A stretch of 54,983 nt of DNA, counting the filler, from Sphacelaria rigidula (lineage: Eukaryota), in NCBI GenBank assembly GCA_964200075.2. It is 5 parts of 5 records of this genome, joined end to end, with 100 filler letters (N's around TTAATTAATTAA, not from the genome) between each part and the next. Parts side by side here need not be neighbours in the genome. Positions count along the whole stretch, not along the records: positions 11,019 to 21,935 come from CAXNAA020005681.1; positions 22,036 to 32,952 come from CAXNAA020005682.1; 3 more parts are not named here. The stretch is one strand, 5' to 3'. Made by a program: the position numbers and the translations under genes. This document shows, piece by piece, positions 11,939-24,112 of the stretch. Positions within the stretch are counted from its first letter, which is position 1; every line of letters starts with the position of its first letter. The notes under the pieces were generated by a model. The model saw only the letters and a list, made by a program, of their open reading frames with translations, had not been told where the DNA came from and made no database searches.

Positions 11939-12194
11939 TAATGGAGCCCATGAAACCCACACCATATGCGGCACTCCGAATTACATGGCTCCCGAGGTCC
12001 AAGACTCCGGTTACGGGCTGTCGGCAGACCTGTGGTCAGCGGGCTGTCTCCTCTACACCATGATGACGGGGGTTGCGCCGTTTCAAGGGAGGCTGGTTGG
12101 AGAAACGCTGTCGAAAGCCCGAACCGGTCGGTACGTGGAGCCGGAGGGATTATCGGACGCGGCAAGCGATTTTTTGGCGTCCATGCTGGAGCTG
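11939..12194 (+). CDS. PLK4: PLK4/SAK-like polo kinase, kinase C-lobe exon (subdomains VIII-X)
   Basis: TICGTPNYMAPEV...DLWSAGCLLYTMMTGVAPF. CAG acceptor at 11936-11938, GTGAGC donor at 12195. The N-lobe exons are not on this contig. Confidence 0.85.
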
Positions 12195-12349
12195 GTGAGC
12201 CGATGTGACCGGCGTGTTCTTGTTGTATTCGTATTTTTGTATTTTTTCGTTAGGCCCCTGGTCGCGAAGCCTTCCAGTTTGATTTATTGGCCGACGTGAT
12301 TTAGGCGGATTTGTCGCAGTTCGGCTTCGAAATTTGAGGCCTCAAGACA

Positions 12350-12490
12350 CCATAACACTAGCCCTCAATCCTACCCCCAAACGACGGCAGACCGAGAACC
12401 CTCGCGCAAGGAGGGTGCGTTTACTGCCCCAAGCAAACTGCATTTTGTTGTGGCTCGAATCGGCGCCCCTGGTATCGATTTAACCCTTGG
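12350..12490 (+). repeat. Dispersed family with degenerate CCCTAA/TTAGGG motifs and an AATCGGCGCC..GGCGCCGATT palindrome
   Basis: Related copies at ~25380-25530 (-), ~33423-33615 (-), ~33806-34030 (+) and ~49088-49380 (+). Confidence 0.65.
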
Positions 12491-12660
12491 ACCGAAGTGC
12501 GGGTAGTCCATCTGGATCACGCATATTTTTTTCAAGTGTCGGCTTCAGCAGGTTACCTACCCTCGCGGTCTAAGGGTTAAGCCAAAAGGCATGCTGCGCA
12601 CACTTTGCATATGGTGGGCGGGCGCCTTGGATCATGATCCCTGTAGAGGTCAAAACATGA

Positions 12661-13117
12661 TGAGGCTACTTCTTATGTATCAAAAAATAAAACTTGTTGA
12701 AAAGTACATTTTTGGCCCTTCTCTGTCGTTTTTCCCCGGAAAAGAGGGCTAGGCGGCTGTTGACACCTTGGAATGAGTTGCTCTACTCGCCGAGACGGTT
12801 CCAGAGCACCTTTGCGTTAACCGTAGGTCACAGTTTCGTTCTTGGCCAAACTTGCATTTTCAATAACAAACGGTCAAGTCATCAAAAAAATGTCAGCTTT
12901 CCTCCTGTTTTTTTATAACTCGACTGTTATTGAAAATGCAAGTTTGGCCAAGAACGAAACTGTGACCTACGGTTAACGCAAAGGTGCTCTGGAACCGTCT
13001 CGGCGAGTAGAGCAACTCATTCCAAGGTGTCAACATCCGCCTAGCCCTCTTTCGGGGGGAAAAACGACGGAGAAGGGCCAAAAATGCAATTTTCAACATG
13101 ATACATAAGTAGCCTGA
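12661..13117. repeat. Long intronic foldback (~210-230-bp arms, short loop)
   Basis: About 12710-12868 is almost perfectly reverse-complementary to about 12926-13085. The ORF track shows the same peptide on both strands. Confidence 0.93.
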
Positions 13118-15009
13118 CAGGTACAAAAAGGATGGTCTACACTAAACCGGAGGATGTATTCGATTGTCGGATTTCGGAGCCGAACTTGGAACAAACTCTA
13201 CTGGCGTGATTTGTTTTACCCGCGTAAGCGAATGAGTGAAACGTTCCTTGTTTTTTGTTGGTGAAGGAACGGTTTCGTGCTTGTTGTGGTTTTGTTTGCG
13301 TGAAGTCGATGGGTACAGCATTCGCCGATTGTGCATTTGTTGACACAGTTTTCTTGCCCCGCGATTTGTGAACGCTGTTCGTCATCTTCGGAACACGTCC
13401 CTGTAGTACACGCTGGTTCAGGGTGAACGGCCGGAATTCACTCCTCAGCGATGGCTCACGCCGTTTTTTCGAGTTGAACCCTGAAATATGCGCAAGGGTG
13501 CTCGGAGATATTTATAAAGGGTGTATGAATGGGGTGTTTTTTTACCGCCTCCTGGGACCCCGGATATCGGGTGGATTTTTTTTACCGAAGACCCCGTTTA
13601 TATAATGTATAGCGTTTCTAAATATCTCAGAGCACCGTGTACAAAATTTTAGGGTCTTACTCGAAAACGGCGTGAACAATCGCCCATGTATGCGTTGCAG
13701 TTTTGTAATGTACGCAGAATCTTCCTAATTGCTTGGAATATAGTAGGACTGGAATTTTCCTTGGGAGTTTGAGCTTAAATCGACCACTTAGGATCAGCTT
13801 TTCGAGTTGAGCAACGAGGCAACGAAGCTTTATACAAACGTTCCTTGGACTGCCCCGGGACGAGTCAAATTGAATTTTGAATTTTCAAGCAATCTTTACC
13901 GGCTTCTGGGGCGGGGCTCTTCACGCTGGGACCCTCGGGAGCTGGTAAAGAGCGCATAAACTTGAACTATTCTTCAATGTTTTTTTTTCTTTTTCTCTGT
14001 CCGTAGTATCCATATCTACCGAACTCCCAACGTCGAGGATGATCAGGGCTTTTCTTCGAAAGTTACAAGGGAAAAAATCAAGAGGCTTTTTGGGTCTTCG
14101 ATGCACATCATCAGTGGAAATCCGACGACGCCGAAAACCCCCAAATCACCTAAATACCACGTGTTGGGGTATAACGCGACCTCAGACAAACCGCCTTCAA
14201 ATCTGCTTCTTGCGTTAAGATTCCATAGCTGATGGTGGTTACTAAGGTTTGATTCATGATAAGATGGGGTACAAATTGAGTCAGGGATTCACTTTTTAAA
14301 TTTCAGAATAGTTTGAAGGCCCCTGATTGGCCGTTAAACATCTTCACTACCAGCGCTAGGGCAGAGGACGCAAGAAAAATCTGGCCATGTCACACTGTTC
14401 GCTTGCTTGTCGGGGTCACTGTGATACCAAATCCTTTTCCATCGGGTCAGTTTTGCGTTTGTATCTAGTTGGGAATAATTTTTGGGCATTCACCCTGAAC
14501 CAACCTGGAGGTCTCGAGAACACCGTGTGCGTTCCTCTGGAGGTATTTCGGATAAGCTGTGGTGTTGCGCATTTGATTTTCGCCTCTTTTTTTTCCTTCT
14601 AATTCGAAAATGCCCGGCGTAAGCCACAGCTTCACATAACTTATTGTGCAAATAAAAATACGCAAATGCGCCCGGAGCAATACCGATTACACACGATAAC
14701 ACACGACGGTTTTGATTGATGAACAGATACGCCGGCACCGCAAAATTGTTGTGAAGCAGTACGAAAAAGGCAAGGCGCGCTCAGATATCGCAATCCAGCT
14801 TCTCGAGGCTCGGGCGTTCGATGGCGAGCTCAAAAAGTCTTGGAAGCAAGAAAAACAGGGCACATTAGGCACGACACTGGAGTCGTTTAGTTGCCGACCG
14901 TTTACGACGCGTGTCCTGTTTCATCCGTGAACGCATTAGAAGAGTCTGTATGCACCGGGTTCTGCGACTGACAAAATCCCCCGTCTCCTGCGCTTTGATC
15001 GCCACGCAG

Positions 15010-18000
15010 GATCCCACCCGCAGGCTGAGCGTAGAGCAGGCGTCGATCCATCCCTTCCTTAGCCTGGACAAGGACGGGAGTGTTTTCACGACCAACCGTC
15101 GTGGTGCACACGAGCGTATATCATCCAGCGGTGGGGTTCGCGCTAATCGCCGCTTAGAACGTCGGCCGAAGGGAGAAAACAGCGGCGGCATCTCGACCGA
15201 GCGCAGTCAGGACCGACACCTAGCGGCGACAAAAGCGAAGAAGCTGACTCCATCATCACCAAGAGCGGCAGCGGTATCAACAGCAACCACAGCAAGATCA
15301 CGGTCGGCACTGCGGTCCCAGAACGAACAGCAAAAGCACCACCGCCGCCGCCCGGCCGTTTCTTCCGTATCCGCCTCGAAGCGCCCCCTTAAAGTTAAGG
15401 ATGCGGTGGGTAACGGCGACGCTAATGGCAAGGGCGGCGCAGTAGGGGGTCATGCTGTCCACACGCACCACCGACCACCGCCATCACCATCGCCCCTCCA
15501 GACGGCGTCATCGGGGCGGAGTGGACAAGGTGGCGATACACGACGGGTGGCACAGGGAGGCGGGTCCCCGGCGACGGACAGCCACCACGGCACGTCAACC
15601 CTAACCGCATCCACGACGCTCCTGGGCTCAGACAGGTGCTCCCTTAATTCTAGCCTCATGGAAAGGGAGGAGGAGAGGGAGGGAGGACAGGATGGTGCAT
15701 CGATCACTACGCTGAGGGCGGAGCATGTTCCAACCCCGGCGACGATCGGAAAGGGCGCCGCAGCGGCGGCGGCCAGGGTACGGCGTGCGAAGACGCCGGC
15801 GTCGTTGCCGACTCGAGTCCCTGGTAGCGTCTACGCGGACCAAGGATTGCTCCCCGGGGTCGTTGGCGCAGGTGCCGCAGACAAGGGAAAAAAGGCAGCC
15901 CAAGCTTCTGCCGGAACAGAGGGTGCTCGAAGCAATTGGGGGAGCGGCGGGAAAACCGGGGATAAATTGTCGCTGCTGCGAACCAAGGATTGGATGCCGG
16001 GGGCAGAGGGAACACGAGATGTAGTTACGGTTGCAAGGGTTAGCGTTGACGGCGGCGTGCCGGCCTGTGCTGTCGATGCCGATCGGAAAATTGATCGGAA
16101 AATTGTGGGAAATATTGAGGATGGATGGCGGAAAGACTTGGACGCGGCGGTGGTTGTGCCAGCGCCTAGTTGTGGGGGCGTCGGGAGGAGATCCGACAAA
16201 GGCGTTGCGGGTAAATATCCGGGCAGGGAATCAACGCACGACCGTTACGATTGGACGGGAGGGGTTGTGTCGGTCGCGGCGGCGAAAAAGCCCACAACGG
16301 AAGGCTTGGCGCAAACCGAGAGGCCGCCGAACAGTGCGGGGGACGTTAGCCGTGTAAACGGTAACCGTCACCGCAGCGCAGACACAGGCGACAGACGTGA
16401 CAGTCGTACAGGATCTGTGCCATCGAATACAGCCGGGTTGGTCGAAGTGGGTCGATCGGAAGCAAATGGGAACGGGAAACCCGTGCGTGGTGCGAGGGCA
16501 AGGGAGGACGGGAAGGAGTCTACCGCGGCATCATCGCGAGAACATCGTATGACAGGCTTGACTAGCGACGGAAGTGCGAAGCGTCATCATCAACCGCGAC
16601 GACGACCACGTCAGTCTCAGGAAGCTACTACGCAGCCGCCGGTGCATGCCACTGGCATTGCTTCCGCTGTCCCGGATGTGGGGCAAACTCACCGACGCTG
16701 TTCATCCCGCCAACGGCGGCGATACACCCGTGGCTCCTTGGACGTGGATCGCGACACGAGCGATAGCAGCTCTTTCACGCCACCGAATCCCCGCACTAGT
16801 GGCAGCAGTGGTTGCCGCGGTAGCCGAACAACCCGCCGTCGCCAGAGGCCCGTCGTAAGCAACTGTAATATCCCGGAGAGCAGTTCGGCGCGGCCACTTC
16901 CGCCACCACCTCCGCCGCCCCTGCGCGTATCTCCCCCCCGGCAATCTCTACGACCGTCTTCAGGCGACGCATCCGAAAAATTATCGCTGACAAAGTTGCG
17001 CGAGGTGCGCGCCTTGGCAGCGGCCGAGCGCCGAGTGAACGACCCGTACGGTGCAAGCAGCTCGGAGGTCCTTACAGGCGGCAGGAGGGCGACGAGAGGG
17101 AGGGAACACGGACAACCACACTCAACCTCGGAAGCGGGCCATACGCCACTGCCCCCCCTGTCTACTGCACGCGTCAGTCCCGTAGCTCATTTGAGCCTAG
17201 GGCGAAAGGCGGCTGTGGAGGTATTGCCGGATGGGCGAGCAAGTATTTCCGTAGGTGCACGATGGCTTGTTTCTTCAGGAGATGGAACGCGGGTGTGGTG
17301 GTCGGGGGATGGCAACGGCGGCCGGGGGGAACGTCGTTGCAGTCGCGATGGCCCAGGGGCGCTGAGTGACAATTCGACAAGCACCGGCCAAAGGCTCGCC
17401 GCTCTGCCAGAGGCGCTTCATCCACTGTATCGCAGCTTGGCCGGGATCGTGGACGCCCTCAGGAGCAAGACTGTGAAGGTGGTTCTGCGCCATGGGGAGG
17501 GGCGTGCCGGGGAGGGGCGTGCCCGACTAGGGGGATCAGAGGACGGCAGATGTGATGAAGTAGATAGCGCCAACGCTCACGTCACAGCTGCGCGCCAGCT
17601 ACCATCGAACGAGAACAGCTACTTTCCCATTCGCACCGACGGCGGAGTATTTCGTCGCGTGGAATTGCCCCGAGAAATTGTCTCTTGTGTCCTGATGGAC
17701 AACCTCCCGGAGCCGGATTTCGCCGCTGCTTTCGACGACGGCGCGTCGCTTTCCCTCTGGACCCGAAAGGGCAAAGTGCAAGTTGATCTTCCTTCCGGGA
17801 ACTTCCGCAGTTGGTCCGTAGGTCCCGGGAGAGAGTGGCCGGTGGTCGAAGGACAAGCGCCCGGAGACAACAACGGCGGCAGCTGCGGCGATGATAGGCG
17901 TAATTCTAAGCGCGATCGCGACTTCGATATGTATGATAAATACCTTTGGGCTGGACTTCGAGGATACTGTATCTGCTTGGAGGAAGAAGCGAACGCGTAC

Positions 18001-18474
18001 CGTCGAGGCAGTCAGTTTCCCCTGGAGATCGTGGTGGAGGACCATGGCAGTGTTACCGATGGCGGTGGTGGTGACGGTAACGGTGACGGTGGTGGGAGCG
18101 ACGGCTGTGGAGCACAAGACCGATCGGATGACGAGCCTCGCAAGCGGCGGAATGGCGGGCGACGACAATGGTGGCGTGGCGAGGATAGCACTAGTTCCAA
18201 CAATTCTAGTGTGGCGGGACATGTCGGTAGATCGGACAAGTGCAGTTGGGCAAGGTCTACTGGTGGCGGCGGGGGTGGTGGCGGCGATGTTGACGACCAT
18301 GCGGTTCGACTTCCTGCCCCTGCTGTTACTGAAGACTCCTCTCAAAAGTATCGGAGTGAGCACTCACGATACGAACCGAACGGACAGGATCCCACTCATG
18401 AGTTTCGGCAACCGGCAGTGCATCACCACCGCTCTCGTTTGCACCTATACCAGCCTCATCATCACCATCACCAT

Positions 18475-18512
<38 letters not shown>

Positions 18513-19098
18513 ACCGCAGTTTGAATCGTCGAAGCTCTCGACGCCGAAACATTCCCAAAATGCGAGGGAAGCGCTGCACCCCGACCCCCCATTCCCCTCC
18601 ACCCGATCCTCGTCCTCGTCGAAACACGACCTACGGCCGTCGACCTCGCAAGCTTCCCCTCTGACTTCGGCGTCAACGGCATCCGACGCCCGTCACCACC
18701 GGAGCAGGAGCCAACACCTGGGAGAAGACAAGAGTCACCCGTCGCGACGACGAGATGGTGACGGTCGCAAGGCGATAACCGGTCATCGAAATCGCGGCGA
18801 TAATGCCAATGAGGCGCTCGGCGAACCATCGTCGGCAAACACGTCGTCCACCATGCCTACCTCCTCGCCATCCTCGGCGTATTCTTCAATCTCGTCCACG
18901 AGGTCGGAGGTCTGTGCAGCGAGGATGAATGCCAAAGCCCCGCTGCGGGCGATCAGGGGCGGGGGCGGTGGAGCGGGCGGCGGCGGCGGCGACCGGGGGG
19001 AGCGAGGTTCATCCGATGCGCTACCTGGTGCTCCTGCTGTTTCCGCAGTGATTCCCGGATTGGGGAAGGCAATCAGGGACCGCCGTGGCGACCTGCAG
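15010..19098 (+). CDS. PLK4: PLK4-like giant exon (4089 nt): kinase end, long disordered linker, cryptic polo boxes PB1-PB2, polyH/polyQ, start of PB3
   Basis: Begins DPTRRLSVEQASIHPFL (subdomain XI). Contains the PB1/PB2-like blocks LPPLSTARVSPV..KAAVEVLPDG, LPEALHPLYRSLAGIVDALRSKTVKV and CVLMDNLPEPDFAAAFDDG. CAG/GT boundaries are in phase 0. Confidence 0.85.
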
Positions 19099-19562
19099 GT
19101 GATGAAGTACTAAAATGCTGTACACAAGGCGTTACGGCAAGGTTAAGAACTAGAATGCCTGTGTTTCTTGTTGTGCGTGCATTTGTGCCTGCCTCTGGGT
19201 ACTTGACTTTGCTGCGGTATGTGGTAACCGTCCCGCCTCGTGCCTCACGTGGGTCGACAACTTTCAAGGTTAGAGCCGTTGGCGAACGCTATGGACCACA
19301 CTACGTGGTATTCAAAACGTGTCCTCTTGAGTGCCTGCTACAGAGATACTGGTACGTTTGGCTTGAGATGTATCAACGCTTGATACTGGGGATCTTGAAG
19401 AGTGTCTGCGCCTTGACACAGGGTGCCTTATGGCGAAGCGCCGACTGCGTGGGAGAGCAGATCTTGACCAATCAAGCACCTGCCTCCGGTTACCCAACGC
19501 CATCTCCACGCACAGACTTCAACGCGCATACGCACCTCCCGAATCGGTTCCGCATTACACAG

Positions 19563-19847
19563 GTGACCTTCCACGACGGCGTGGTGGTGGTGGTAGATTC
19601 TAAGGCCAAGTGGATGCGAGTCGTGACAAGGCAACGACAATCGCGTGAGCATGAACGAGAGACAGCCGCTTCGGTCACGTACGATCTTCGCAGCAAGGAT
19701 TCGACGGCTGGTGACGGGAAACACCGCGGCAGCAGAGCCGGGCGCATACCACGGGATGTGAAAGAAAGGATGAAGATATTACCCCGTTTCATTGCTGTAC
19801 TCAGGGAGGGGCGAACAGCGGCGCCGACGGCCGCGGGTGGATTATGA
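19563..19847 (+). CDS. PLK4: PLK4-like terminal exon, polo box 3
   Basis: Splicing gives IPGLGKAIRDRRGDLQ|VTFHDGVVVVV...IPRDVKERMKILPRFI, matching the PLK4 PB3 pattern (VGWA...V.FNDG...LP..IK.KL..L). TGA at 19845-19847. Confidence 0.82.
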   Translation: MTFHDGVVVVVDSKAKWMRVVTRQRQSREHERETAASVTYDLRSKDSTAGDGKHRGSRAGRIPRDVKERMKILPRFIAVLREGRTAAPTAAGGL

Positions 19848-20262
19848 CACTAAATGCTGTTTGTACAGTTGTTAACAGTTTTCGGGAAGGATCGTTTTAT
19901 TGTGGATGCCACGATATTGGTCGTAGGGTGGCGGGGGGATAGTTGTGTGGTGAAAAAAACGTTGCTTGCTTGTTTCTGTGCATATTGTGGTTGTTGTAAA
20001 GCGGAATATGTTTACTCGGTTTTTATAATCGAATTCGAGGGCGAGCTTGCGAAACACAGCGCGTGTAAGAGCACCGCCTCGTTTCTTGTTTTTTCGTTTC
20101 GTTTCTGTAATGATGCTATTCCCGTGGTATTTCGTTGTACAGCAGTACCGTAGCAGTCGAGCTAGCGTGTTGCCGTTTTCCCCGCCCTCGTTGACTGTCT
20201 AGTTGTGATCTACGGGCAAAGAAAATGGCGTCATGGATCCAGAAATCAAGGTATCTTGGACT

Positions 20263-20533
20263 CACTATTATCGACACTGTTTTATCCGATATCTCCGAAA
20301 TTCTCGGGACTGACGAAATGGGTGATGACTCTCGAATACTTACTAACGCCACGTCGAACACGCAGGGCAGGACTCCGAAGTACTGCCTTGCCGTTCGAAT
20401 TTTTCGGATTTCTCCAAAAATGAAGCTCCGAAGAAAAAGTCGAGCCGCCTCATTGTCGGAGAAGTCTGAATGCAGAGTCCGGAAAGTTCGGAAATTTATG
20501 ATGTCTCCGAAAAACAGTATCGACAATAATGGG
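20263..20533. mobile_element. Putative MITE
   Basis: cactattatcgacactgtttt pairs with aaacagtatcgacaataatgg (imperfect terminal inverted repeats). Internal tccgaa/ttcgga subrepeats. Confidence 0.5.
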
Positions 20534-21935
20534 CATTGATGTGCTGTTATACCCCCTGTTTCGTGTGTGTCCATAAGTAGCGGCAGTTAGACCGGCGATT
20601 TTCTTGTGCAACTAAATCGCACGGTGTTGCGTGAATTGAATGGCTTTACTATGCACCAAGTTTTTTTTCGCGACATACATACATTATTTTCTGTCGCCTC
20701 ACCGTTCCCCCTGTCTCCACACAACAGTGAGTGAGTGCAATGCGGCAGCAGCGTGGCGCACACAATACGATCCCAGTTTCGCTGAAGTTTGCGAAGAGGT
20801 GCTCGAGCTAAACAAAGAAACAAGCACAAACCGTAAACAGGGTCGATACCTTTTTTTTTTTTTCTCCAGTTGATGCTATTACCGTAGATCACTCCCGGTG
20901 TTCCTTCAATCGATTCTGGGCTGTTCGCCGTGGTTTGCCTTCACACTCCAAGGCCAACTCGATATTTCCGTACAGTGCCCCGCGAAAAAATCAAGACACT
21001 GTAGCAAAAGTGAACGGGGGAATAGCATTTAAACTGCAGCGGCAGATGTAATCCTTTGTTCGTGAAAGTTGTAGCTCGGAATAAATAATGGATGGGGGGA
21101 GATTTTATGTACCTATCTGTCTTGTCTAAAGGGCCGTTTAGTAAGGAGTTACAGAGGCGTCGCGGCACTCACGCAGACAGGCGTTCATCGCGTGTGCCGC
21201 GATATATGTATATATATTCATACAGGTAAGGTCGTTGTGAGAAAGGCACCCCAAATATTATACAATACGTTTTCGAGTGATTTTTTCGTGTCTTGGCATG
21301 TATGTCTCTGGGCTGTCTTGTCGAGTATCACATCGTGTCTTCACGTTGCCATGTATGTCTTAATGTTCGTTGCCGAATGTAGAGGTGGGAGCAGAAAACG
21401 GCAAACGAAAGAAACGACTATTTCATGTCTCCGCCAGATTCCATTTTAGATGATCACTTCGGCTTCGCGTCCGTGCGCCTGTCGGAGAGTGATTGACCCA
21501 AGGTATCACGTCAAACGAGGCGTCTCGTTGTGACTCGGCTTTTCCGACGTACACGGGTGGGTGCTATCAGCCAATATCCACAAATTCCTTGACGTCTGTG
21601 TGTACGTGTTCTCTCCTGGGGGATCTAATAATGTTTCCGTGAGATTGAGAGTAGAGGGTACGATTGAGAGTGAGAAGCGGTCAGTCAGTGATTGAACCGT
21701 TTGAGTTCCGAAATGCCCCTTCACGAGGCCCGAAATTCTTCCTGAAGTAGCTTGCCACTGAGGCCCTTGCTATCCCCGAGTAAGATATCGACGTGTAGCT
21801 GTAAGCTCACTGCAGTGATAGAGGCAAAGAAAAGCATGCAGGGAATTAAAAAATGACCAAGAGTCATCCTACGATAGGGGGGGGGGGGTATTTTGGGCCA
21901 TTTGTCGCTCGAAATTTCGAGTCAGATTGTCGTTG

Positions 21936-22035
21936 NNNNNNNNNNNNNNNNNNNNNNNNNNNNNNNNNNNNNNNNNNNNTTAATTAATTAANNNNNNNNN
22001 NNNNNNNNNNNNNNNNNNNNNNNNNNNNNNNNNNN
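21936..22035. other. Artificial contig linker
   Basis: N44-TTAATTAATTAA-N44. Confidence 0.97.
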
Positions 22036-22114
22036 GATCGCTCCGAGAATCGAACACCACAACTCAACCACCAGAAGGTTACGAGGTTACCAACAGAGCC
22101 ACCGGGGCGACCGG
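22036..22114 (-). mobile_element. tRNA-derived SINE head (truncated by contig start)
   Basis: Homologous to 8341-8418, with A- and B-box-like motifs. Confidence 0.7.
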
Positions 22115-22365
22115 CACTAGTTTGCGCTTTTTTTCTCCCACTACAAATACAAGTACACGTGCAACTGATTTATTTTTTGATTGATTGTCGCACTTTAACT
22201 GACCCCCCAGTGGTCCAGCCGTTATCTCATGATAGACGTGACTGAAACACTCTCTAGGGGAACAACAAAAAAAGGGGACAGAAAAAAAAAAACTTATCAT
22301 ATCATATCGTGTCGTATCGCGTCGTATCGTATCATCGTGCACGGCAAGGTCTACTTGTCGCGCAC

Positions 22366-22500
22366 CTTAGCTCCGATGCCTTCGGGTCCCATGAAACAGC
22401 AGTCATCACGGGAGAAGCGCGCGAGACGGAATCCGGTGTCTTTGAGCGAATCCAAGTCGAGGAAGGGTAGGATACCGGCCGGGGGGTACTCGATCGGTGG
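22366..22500 (-). CDS. Probable downstream exon of the PHD/AT-hook gene (PPIEYPPAGILPFLDLDSLKDTGFRLARFSRDDCCFMGPEGIGAK)
   Basis: Long pyrimidine tract + CAG acceptor, AAG|GTGCGC donor; 135 nt, open, phase 0/0. Confidence 0.6.
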
Positions 22501-23039
22501 CTGGATAGCAAGAGAACATCAGACGAGGGTGGAAAGAAAGAAGGAAAAACAAAACAAAAGAAAAACGAATGAACTCGATCGGCGAGAAAAAATGGAGGAC
22601 AAAGGGCAAGAAGTAAAAAGGAGAGAAATAGGTAACAACTTCAACCCCTAACCCCTTTTGAATGAGTACGCCCCCCTCCCCCCCCCCCCCCCAAAAAAAA
22701 AGGGAAAAAGAAAAACACGTCTTGGCGCATGCACAGCAAATAGCGATTAATGGTTTACCTGCCGTCCAAAGAAATGACGGTCTTCTTTGCTGTATTTACA
22801 CCACACGCTGGATAATAGACCATTGTCAACAGGTGTACTGCGTACAGCATGGTATTTACAGTCTATTACAACAGACGAAATGGTCGATACTTAACGTAGT
22901 GCACTTTTTTGACAATGTAGTCTTTTGTCCATCATCATCCAGAGTGTGATCTACACTGTGCGCTGAATCAGCCCACCTCACCCGGCTTGCTGAGATTACC
23001 CTGTAGATCGTTATCAACCTTGCACACGCTAGATAATCA

Positions 23040-23260
23040 CGAAGTATGGGCTATTGCAAATATTGCAAATATGGTCAATACTTGCAATATGCCCATGCTT
23101 AACGTAGTATATATTTTTGTTTATTGCAACTAGAGAAGAATATGCTGCGCAAAGTATGGGCTTTTTGTAAATATGGAAAATAGTTGCAATAGCCCCCCCC
23201 TTTACGTAGTATATATTTTTGTCTATTACAACTACTGACCATATTATGTCATTATCCAGA
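23040..23260. mobile_element. MITE-like family with ggacaatatatggtcaatagttgcaatag ends
   Basis: Related copies with inverted ends at ~46642-46810 and ~47201-47370. Confidence 0.6.
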
Positions 23261-23504
23261 CTATTGACGTATTGACGGTGACACCACTGCCATCCATGTG
23301 CGCTCTCGAGCACCCAAGTGTTCGCCTTCTGAATGGTCATCGCTGTGATAGAAGACTAGACTTTCAACCCTAGCCGTTCACCTGCATGCGGGGGGCCTTT
23401 CTTCTTGCGAGCCAGCAACGAAAGCAATACGCTTACAGCACAAAGTTCGTCTCAGCTCCCAACCTCGTACTAATCCACATACACCGATAGATGCTAGTAG
23501 TGAT

Positions 23505-23770
23505 AATGCTGGAAAGGTAAGTCTACGACTGTGACCACGGGTTCGAGAGATCGGGCTAATGTATGGGAATGTAAAAATACTAATGACATTCAAAGAAGTA
23601 AAAGATAATGATGATGATAATGATACGAGGTGTGATCGGTGGACCAGTCAAGAATACGGTATTCAGTTTGATCACAGACTTATCACTATTATTATCATTA
23701 TTTCCGCACATTAGTCCGATCTCTCGAACCCGTGGTCACAGACGTAGGCTCGTCTTTCCAATACCATCCC
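23505..23770. repeat. Two inverted copies of a retroposon 3'-end fragment
   Basis: ctgtgaccacgggttcgagagatcgg (~23529) versus ccgatctctcgaacccgtggtcacag (~23716). A third copy is at ~45498-45545. Confidence 0.65.
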
Positions 23771-24001
23771 TGCTATTCCTTGCAAGATATGGAGTCCCCC
23801 ATCATTTTTTCAGATACTCCAGCCTAACTACATTACCATCACTTTTAAATCTGACGAAAAAAAATATATATATACATATATATATATTAATTTAGTCTGT
23901 GCTCAAACTGGATATCGTGGTCTAACTGGTCCACCAACCACAGCCGGTGGGCACGAAGGCTGCACTATAAGTACCAATAGATGGCGCCTTTTCAAGCAGA
24001 C

Positions 24002-24112
24002 TCTAGAGCCGGTCGCTCTCCTTAACACGTCCATGTTTCGGGGTGTCACATCGAGGGCTTCGAACCTCGCGGCGAAGACGAGTTTCTCAAAAGAGGGCGA
24101 CGACTGCATCCC
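24002..24112 (-). CDS. Possible exon of the PHD/AT-hook gene (GMQSSPSFEKLVFAARFEALDVTPRNMDVLRRATGSR)
   Basis: TAG acceptor, open in phase 0 and protein-like, but the donor (GTCTGC) is weak. Confidence 0.3.

Noticed and set aside
14712..14930. Protein-like ORF (IVVKQYEKGKARSDIAIQLLEARAFDGELKKSW) before the large PLK4 exon
   Set aside because: It would interrupt kinase subdomains X-XI, which join perfectly via 12194^15010. There is no recognisable domain; it is probably transposon debris.
14911..19113. 1400-aa ORF as a stand-alone intronless gene
   Set aside because: It is an internal exon (15010-19098) with splice sites linking the kinase and PB3 exons. Overlapping antisense ORFs are GC-rich shadows.
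23452..23454. In-frame TGA in an exon-like segment as possible selenocysteine
   Set aside because: No redox motif, no identifiable SECIS, and the exon frame is itself unsupported.
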